Below, piece by piece: positions 59,532-64,000 of a DNA stretch of 64,000 nt. The notes under the pieces were generated by a model that worked only from the letters and a program-made list of their open reading frames with translations, was not told the DNA's origin and did no database searches. The position numbers and the translations under genes were made by a program. Source of the DNA: Longimicrobiales bacterium. GTDB lineage: Bacteria > Gemmatimonadota > Gemmatimonadetes > Longimicrobiales > Gaopeijiaceae. The stretch is taken from assembly GCA_965218295.1 (NCBI GenBank), contig CBDCKN010000015.1:128001-192000 (forward strand), written 5' to 3'. Each line of letters opens with the position of its first letter. The first letter of the stretch is position 1.

Positions 59532-59850
59532 TGAAGCCGATGTGGCGGAGTGGGTGAAGGTCGCCGAGCTCGATCGCTGCCCACCGGGGAACCTCCTGGA
59601 CGTGGAGGTCGGGGACGTGCGGATCGTTCTCGCCAACGTCGACGGAGACATCTACGCCCTCGAGGATGAGTGCTCACACCAGGAATTCCCGCTCTCCGAC
59701 GGAGAGCTCGAGGGCAACGTGTTGGAATGCATGTATCATGGTGCCAAGTTTGACGTATGCACCGGACGGGCCACGCAGCTGCCCGCGATCCGGCCCGTGA
59801 AATCCTTCGACGTCGAGGTCAGGGACCAGGAGATCTTCGTACAGATCTAG
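59524..59850 (+). CDS. Rieske-type [2Fe-2S] ferredoxin
   Basis: CSH...CMYH ligands, GAKFDVCTG. Confidence 0.9.
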   Translation: MSNEADVAEWVKVAELDRCPPGNLLDVEVGDVRIVLANVDGDIYALEDECSHQEFPLSDGELEGNVLECMYHGAKFDVCTGRATQLPAIRPVKSFDVEVRDQEIFVQI

Positions 59851-59872
59851 CATGTCCTGAAGGCTTATCTCC

Positions 59873-61120
59873 ATGCCTGTCACAACCCCTCGGCTCGACT
59901 GGGCCGCCGTGCGAGACCGCTTCCCGATCCTGCATGAAGAGGTCGGAGGAAAGCCCCTCGTCTACCTCGACAACGCCGCCACCTCCCAGAAGCCGCAGAG
60001 CGTCATCGACGCCCTGAACGAGTACTACGAGCACACCAACGCCAATGTCCATCGGGGCATCCACGAGCTGAGCCGCAGGTCCACCGTGGCCTACGAGGAG
60101 GCCCGGGCCAGGGTGGCCCGCTTCATCGGCGCCGCCGAGGCCCAGGAGCTGGTGTGGACGCGTGGCACGACCGAGGCCATCAACCTGGTCGCCGGCAGTT
60201 GGGGACTCGAGAACCTCCGTGAGGGGGACGAGATCCTCCTCAGCACCATGGAGCACCACTCCAACATCGTCCCCTGGCAGCTGGTGGCGCGCCGCACCGG
60301 CGCGAGTCTCAAGTACATCGAGATGGATGATGAGGGCCGGCTCATCCTCGACGACCTTCCGGAGCTGCTCACCGAGCGCACCCGGCTGGTCGCCATCTCC
60401 CATGTGTCGAACGCCCTGGGGACCGTCAACCCGGTCCGTGACATCGCCGAGCAGGCCAAAGCCGCCGGCGCTCTCGTGCTGGTGGACGGAGCACAGGCCG
60501 TTCCCCACCGCCGGGTCGATGTCCAGGAGCTCGGCTGCGACTTCTACGCCTTCTCGGGCCACAAGATGTGCGGACCCACCGGCATCGGCGGACTCTGGGC
60601 TCGTAGGGAGCTACTGGAGTCCATGCCGCCGTATCACGGCGGGGGCGAGATGATCCGGATCGTGGGTCGGGAGGAGAGCACCTGGGCCGAGGTGCCCCAC
60701 AAGTTCGAGGCCGGTACGCCAAACATCGCGGGGGCCATCGGCATCGCGGTGGCGGCAGACTTCCTGGAGGAACTGGGCTTCGACGCCATCGCCGAGCACG
60801 GGCGGGACGTGATGTCCTACGCCATCGAGCGGCTGGGCGACGTCGATGACGTCCGGATCTTCGGCCCCACCGACCTGAACGAGCGGTCGGGAGTCGTGTC
60901 GTTCCTCATGGGTGACGCCCACCCCCACGACATTTCCACGATCCTCGATTCCGAGGGGATCGCCATCCGCGCGGGCCACCACTGCGCTCAGCTCGTCATG
61001 CAGCACTTCGGCGTCTCGGCAACGGCGCGAGCGTCCTTCTACCTCTACAATTCTCGGGAGGACGTGGACCAGCTGGCCGAAGGCCTGGGCCTTGTCCAGG
61101 GGATTTTCGGCACTGCCTGA
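59873..61120 (+). CDS. sufS: Cysteine desulfurase SufS
   Basis: YLDNAATSQKP, MEHHSN, FSGHKM, EAGTP, RAGHHCA. Confidence 0.95.
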   Translation: MPVTTPRLDWAAVRDRFPILHEEVGGKPLVYLDNAATSQKPQSVIDALNEYYEHTNANVHRGIHELSRRSTVAYEEARARVARFIGAAEAQELVWTRGTTEAINLVAGSWGLENLREGDEILLSTMEHHSNIVPWQLVARRTGASLKYIEMDDEGRLILDDLPELLTERTRLVAISHVSNALGTVNPVRDIAEQAKAAGALVLVDGAQAVPHRRVDVQELGCDFYAFSGHKMCGPTGIGGLWARRELLESMPPYHGGGEMIRIVGREESTWAEVPHKFEAGTPNIAGAIGIAVAADFLEELGFDAIAEHGRDVMSYAIERLGDVDDVRIFGPTDLNERSGVVSFLMGDAHPHDISTILDSEGIAIRAGHHCAQLVMQHFGVSATARASFYLYNSREDVDQLAEGLGLVQGIFGTA

Positions 61121-61207
61121 CGACCCGCCTCGGAAGCTCGAAATTCGAAATCTCGGGGCCGAGGCTGTATTATGGTTGATTCAGTCCCCCTATTTCGCCA
61201 CGAGCAG

Positions 61208-61714
61208 ATGACGGAATCTTCGCTGACCTCTCTCTACCAGCACCTCATTCTCGAGCACTACCGTAATCCGCGGAACAAGTCGGAGTTGGCGGATCACACG
61301 GTGGAGGCTCGCGTAAGCAACCCGGTGTGCGGAGACGAGATCAGGGTCCAGCTCCGCCTCGACGGGGACGAGATCGAGGACATCCGCTTCGAGGGCCAAG
61401 GCTGCTCCATATCCCAGGCGTCCGTGTCGATGATGACGGCCCTCGTGAAGGGGGGGAGCCGGAACCACGCCATCAAGCTTGCCGACCGCTTTACCGAGAT
61501 GATGCACGGCAGCGATGAGGCGGCGAACGACCGTTCGATGGGAGACCTGAGAGCCCTTCAGGGCGTCAGCAAGTTCCCCGTTCGCATCAAGTGCGCGCTC
61601 CTGGCCTTCGACGCCCTGCGAGAGGCCCTGTCTGGCGACCGAAGGGCCGGACCGAGCGAGAGCCGGGGAGGCACCGGCGGCAGCGTCCCTGGCGAGCGGG
61701 AGGCGGCGCACTGA
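61208..61714 (+). CDS. sufU: SufU (NifU-family sulfur-transfer protein)
   Basis: LYQHLILEHYRNPRN, NPVCGD, GCSISQAS, PVRIKCALL. Confidence 0.92.
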   Translation: MTESSLTSLYQHLILEHYRNPRNKSELADHTVEARVSNPVCGDEIRVQLRLDGDEIEDIRFEGQGCSISQASVSMMTALVKGGSRNHAIKLADRFTEMMHGSDEAANDRSMGDLRALQGVSKFPVRIKCALLAFDALREALSGDRRAGPSESRGGTGGSVPGEREAAH

Positions 61715-62271
61715 TGCCTGGGCGTGACGGTGCCTCTGCGGTCTTCTCCGGCGTTCTCGAAAACACACCCCTCGGGCCCCTGGCGGTCTGGGTCACGCGC
61801 AACGGCGTTCGTCGGGTAGGCTACGTTCAACAGGACATGATCGAAGAGAGCCACTCGGACCCGGCCAGCGACACCACCTTGGCCCTCGCGCTCCGGCAGC
61901 TCCGCGAGTACCTCGAGGGCCACCGCAAGGGCTTCGACCTGCCTCTCGACTTCTCGGGCGCCACGACCTTTCAGAGGCGCATCTTCGAGCGGCTCATCCT
62001 CATTCGGTACGGCCGCATAGTCTCGTACGGAGATATCGCCGACGAGCTGGGAGATCCGGGCGCGGCCCGGGCCGTCGGCCAGGCCGTGGGAGCCAATCCG
62101 CTCCCCATCGTCGTGCCGTGCCACCGGGTGGTCCGGAGCGACGGAAAGCTGGGCGGATACTCGGGGGGACAGCACCGCAAGGTCACCCTCCTTGGGATCG
62201 AGGGTGTGGACGTTGACGGACCCCAGCCGGGGAGTCGCGTTCATCCGGAGGTTCTGCGGCTGCCGCTCTAG
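61714..62271 (+). CDS. ogt: Methylated-DNA--protein-cysteine methyltransferase
   Basis: ARAVGQAVGANPLPIVVPCHRV; TGATG-coupled to sufU. Confidence 0.9.
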   Translation: MPGRDGASAVFSGVLENTPLGPLAVWVTRNGVRRVGYVQQDMIEESHSDPASDTTLALALRQLREYLEGHRKGFDLPLDFSGATTFQRRIFERLILIRYGRIVSYGDIADELGDPGAARAVGQAVGANPLPIVVPCHRVVRSDGKLGGYSGGQHRKVTLLGIEGVDVDGPQPGSRVHPEVLRLPL

Positions 62272-63556
62272 GGCGATGATCAGCCGCGGGGGTCGGCGGA
62301 CTGCTCGCGCCGGGCCGAAGGATCACCTTCACCGCGCCGCTACGGCGGTGATTCGCAGCCGCCTTCAGCGCATCACGGTACTGATGGAGCGGGAAAGCGT
62401 GGGTCACCATCTCCTCGACCGGCGTCCCCGTTTCGAGGAGCAGATCGTGGGTGATCTCGAAGGTGTGGCGGCGCTCACCCCTCCACGTCTCCTGTCCGTA
62501 GCCCACCGACCCCTGAAGCCGGAGCTCACGAGCCCACAGGAAGGTCAGGTCCAGCTTCTTGAGCTCCCCCACACATCCGATGACGACGACACGCCCCCGG
62601 GGTGACGCGAATCGGAGGGACTGGCTCAGGCTCGAGTCGTTGCCCACGCAGTCGTAGATGAGGGGGAGGCCGCCCCCGGCGAAGACCTCGGGGCCAACGA
62701 TGGGCATGTAGGCGAGGGATCCGGTGTCCACCAACGCCTGCCGGGCCTCGGGCCCCGGCGTCACCACGTCGCTGGCTCCCATCTTCAGAGCCAACTCCTG
62801 TTCGTGGTCCCGCTTCGCCTGTGCCAGGAGGAAGCCCTCGTATCCCACGGCACGGACCGCCCAAATGGTGGCCAGCGCAATGGTGCCGCTTCCGATGACC
62901 AGAACAGGCTCGTGCTCCTTGGGCGGCGTCCGGAGCACCGCGTGCATGGCGATGGAGAGAGGCTCGATCAGCACCGCCGCGTTGTCAGACAGCGCATCGT
63001 CGACGGGGAAGACCTGGGATTCGTGGGCGATGACCGTCTCGCCCCACCCTCCCCGGAGATCCCGGTGGTAGCCCACCGTGGTGCCGGCGGAGAGGCGGCG
63101 GCCGGCCACCATGGTCCGCGCCTCTTCGCCCGCCCGTTCGCAGGTGAAGTGGTACCCCCACGAGCACGACGGGCAGCGATCGCTCCTCGAGTAGCCTCGG
63201 GTGGTGCAGGAGATCGCGGGGTTCATGGTCACCCGTTGGCCGACTTCGACCCTCGTCACCTCGTCCCCCACGGATTTCACACGGCCGAAAATCTCGTGTC
63301 CCAGGACGGCGGGGAACGAGCCGAAGGGCTCCATGGCCGGGCTGGACTCGTAGGTGAGGTTCCCGATGTCACTCCCACAGACCCCGCCGGCGATGACCTC
63401 GATCTCGACCCAGCCTGGCCCCGGGAGCTCGAGGTCGGGAAGATCCCGTATCCTGAGCCCGCTGAGGGCGCCGAAGAAGGCAGAGTCGGTCACCCTCCCG
63501 GCGGTCTTCGCCAGGATGAAGCGCGGGATGGATACGTCGAAGGTGACTCCCTTCAT
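62183..63556 (-). CDS. Zinc-dependent MDR dehydrogenase
   Basis: GVCGSD, LGHE, structural Cys cluster, IEPLS, IGSGTI. Start MKGVTFD at 63556. Confidence 0.85.
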   Translation of the reverse strand: MKGVTFDVSIPRFILAKTAGRVTDSAFFGALSGLRIRDLPDLELPGPGWVEIEVIAGGVCGSDIGNLTYESSPAMEPFGSFPAVLGHEIFGRVKSVGDEVTRVEVGQRVTMNPAISCTTRGYSRSDRCPSCSWGYHFTCERAGEEARTMVAGRRLSAGTTVGYHRDLRGGWGETVIAHESQVFPVDDALSDNAAVLIEPLSIAMHAVLRTPPKEHEPVLVIGSGTIALATIWAVRAVGYEGFLLAQAKRDHEQELALKMGASDVVTPGPEARQALVDTGSLAYMPIVGPEVFAGGGLPLIYDCVGNDSSLSQSLRFASPRGRVVVIGCVGELKKLDLTFLWARELRLQGSVGYGQETWRGERRHTFEITHDLLLETGTPVEEMVTHAFPLHQYRDALKAAANHRRSGAVKVILRPGASSPPTPAADHRPRAAAAEPPDERDSPAGVRQRPHPRSQGG

Positions 63557-63852
63557 TGCCTCCAGCCGGTCGACATGGTCGGTCGCACCCGGAACGGACA
63601 CACCGAGGCAACTTTGGTCCGCGTTGTCAGCCAAGCAACCGGCCTCGACGCATCCACACTCCGACTTCCAGCCTCGGGTGGCGCCGAAGCGGGCATTCCA
63701 GTGGCACCCAGTCTAGCGGGGCGGGATGCGCGTAGCCACCGGAGGGGGCGGCCGATCACGACCGGGGACTCCTCTGTCTCGGCCCGGAACCGGACGTGAC
63801 GGGGGGGTAGCATCCGTTCCAGTCCGCCGTCCACGCCAGCCGGACCATCCAC

Positions 63853-64000
63853 ATGTCGAGTCGCGCCGCTGTCATAGCCGGATGTCGCACCCCGTTCGCC
63901 CGATCCGGATCCGAGTTGAAGGACATGACCGCCATCGAGCTGGGGACTCTGGCCGTCCGGGAGCTCATGGACCGGAGCGGGATCCCCGGGGAGGAGGTGG
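63853..64000 (+). CDS. Thiolase (acetyl-CoA C-acyltransferase, FadI-like), 5' part
   Basis: Not in ORF track: MSSRAAVIAGCRTPFARSGSELKDMTAIELGTLAVRELMDRSGIPGEEV. Confidence 0.8.
   Translation, partial: MSSRAAVIAGCRTPFARSGSELKDMTAIELGTLAVRELMDRSGIPGEEV

Overview
A high-GC bacterial chromosome segment, densely coding and mostly housekeeping or metabolic. The gene repertoire suggests Gemmatimonadota (an inference; there is no rRNA marker here). Core content: lysine 6-aminotransferase, QueE, a GyrA/ParC-family subunit lacking the GyrA box, two ECF sigma/anti-sigma pairs, a divergent paaA-D-B-C-Zn-ribbon di-iron epoxidase-like operon with a perfect 20-bp palindromic operator, a PIG-L/small protein/Na+:solute symporter operon, a LeuD-LeuC fused aconitase-family enzyme, tRNA-Glu(CTC), tRNA-Val(CAC), a chlamydial/plastid-type FabI, ligA-polX, an M6 protease operon and a sufCBD-Rieske-sufSU operon behind a sigma70 promoter and Fur-like box. 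At about 18.9-30 kb lies a decaying accessory region that looks like a cyclic-nucleotide/caspase signalling module: cNMP-pseudophosphatase, large Ig-like lipoprotein split by an IS256, MBL hydrolase, exported caspase-DUF4384, and a CHASE2 gene joined by deletion to a truncated pfk. Three non-coding MITE-like elements from two families are inserted at TA within CTA/TAG. Two of them carry the same 22-nt hairpin, apparently replacing 4 nt, which may be a tiny mobile unit. Several frameshifts and truncations may be real decay or assembly errors. No CRISPR, rRNA or prophage was seen. All calls come from motif recognition by eye; no searches were run.
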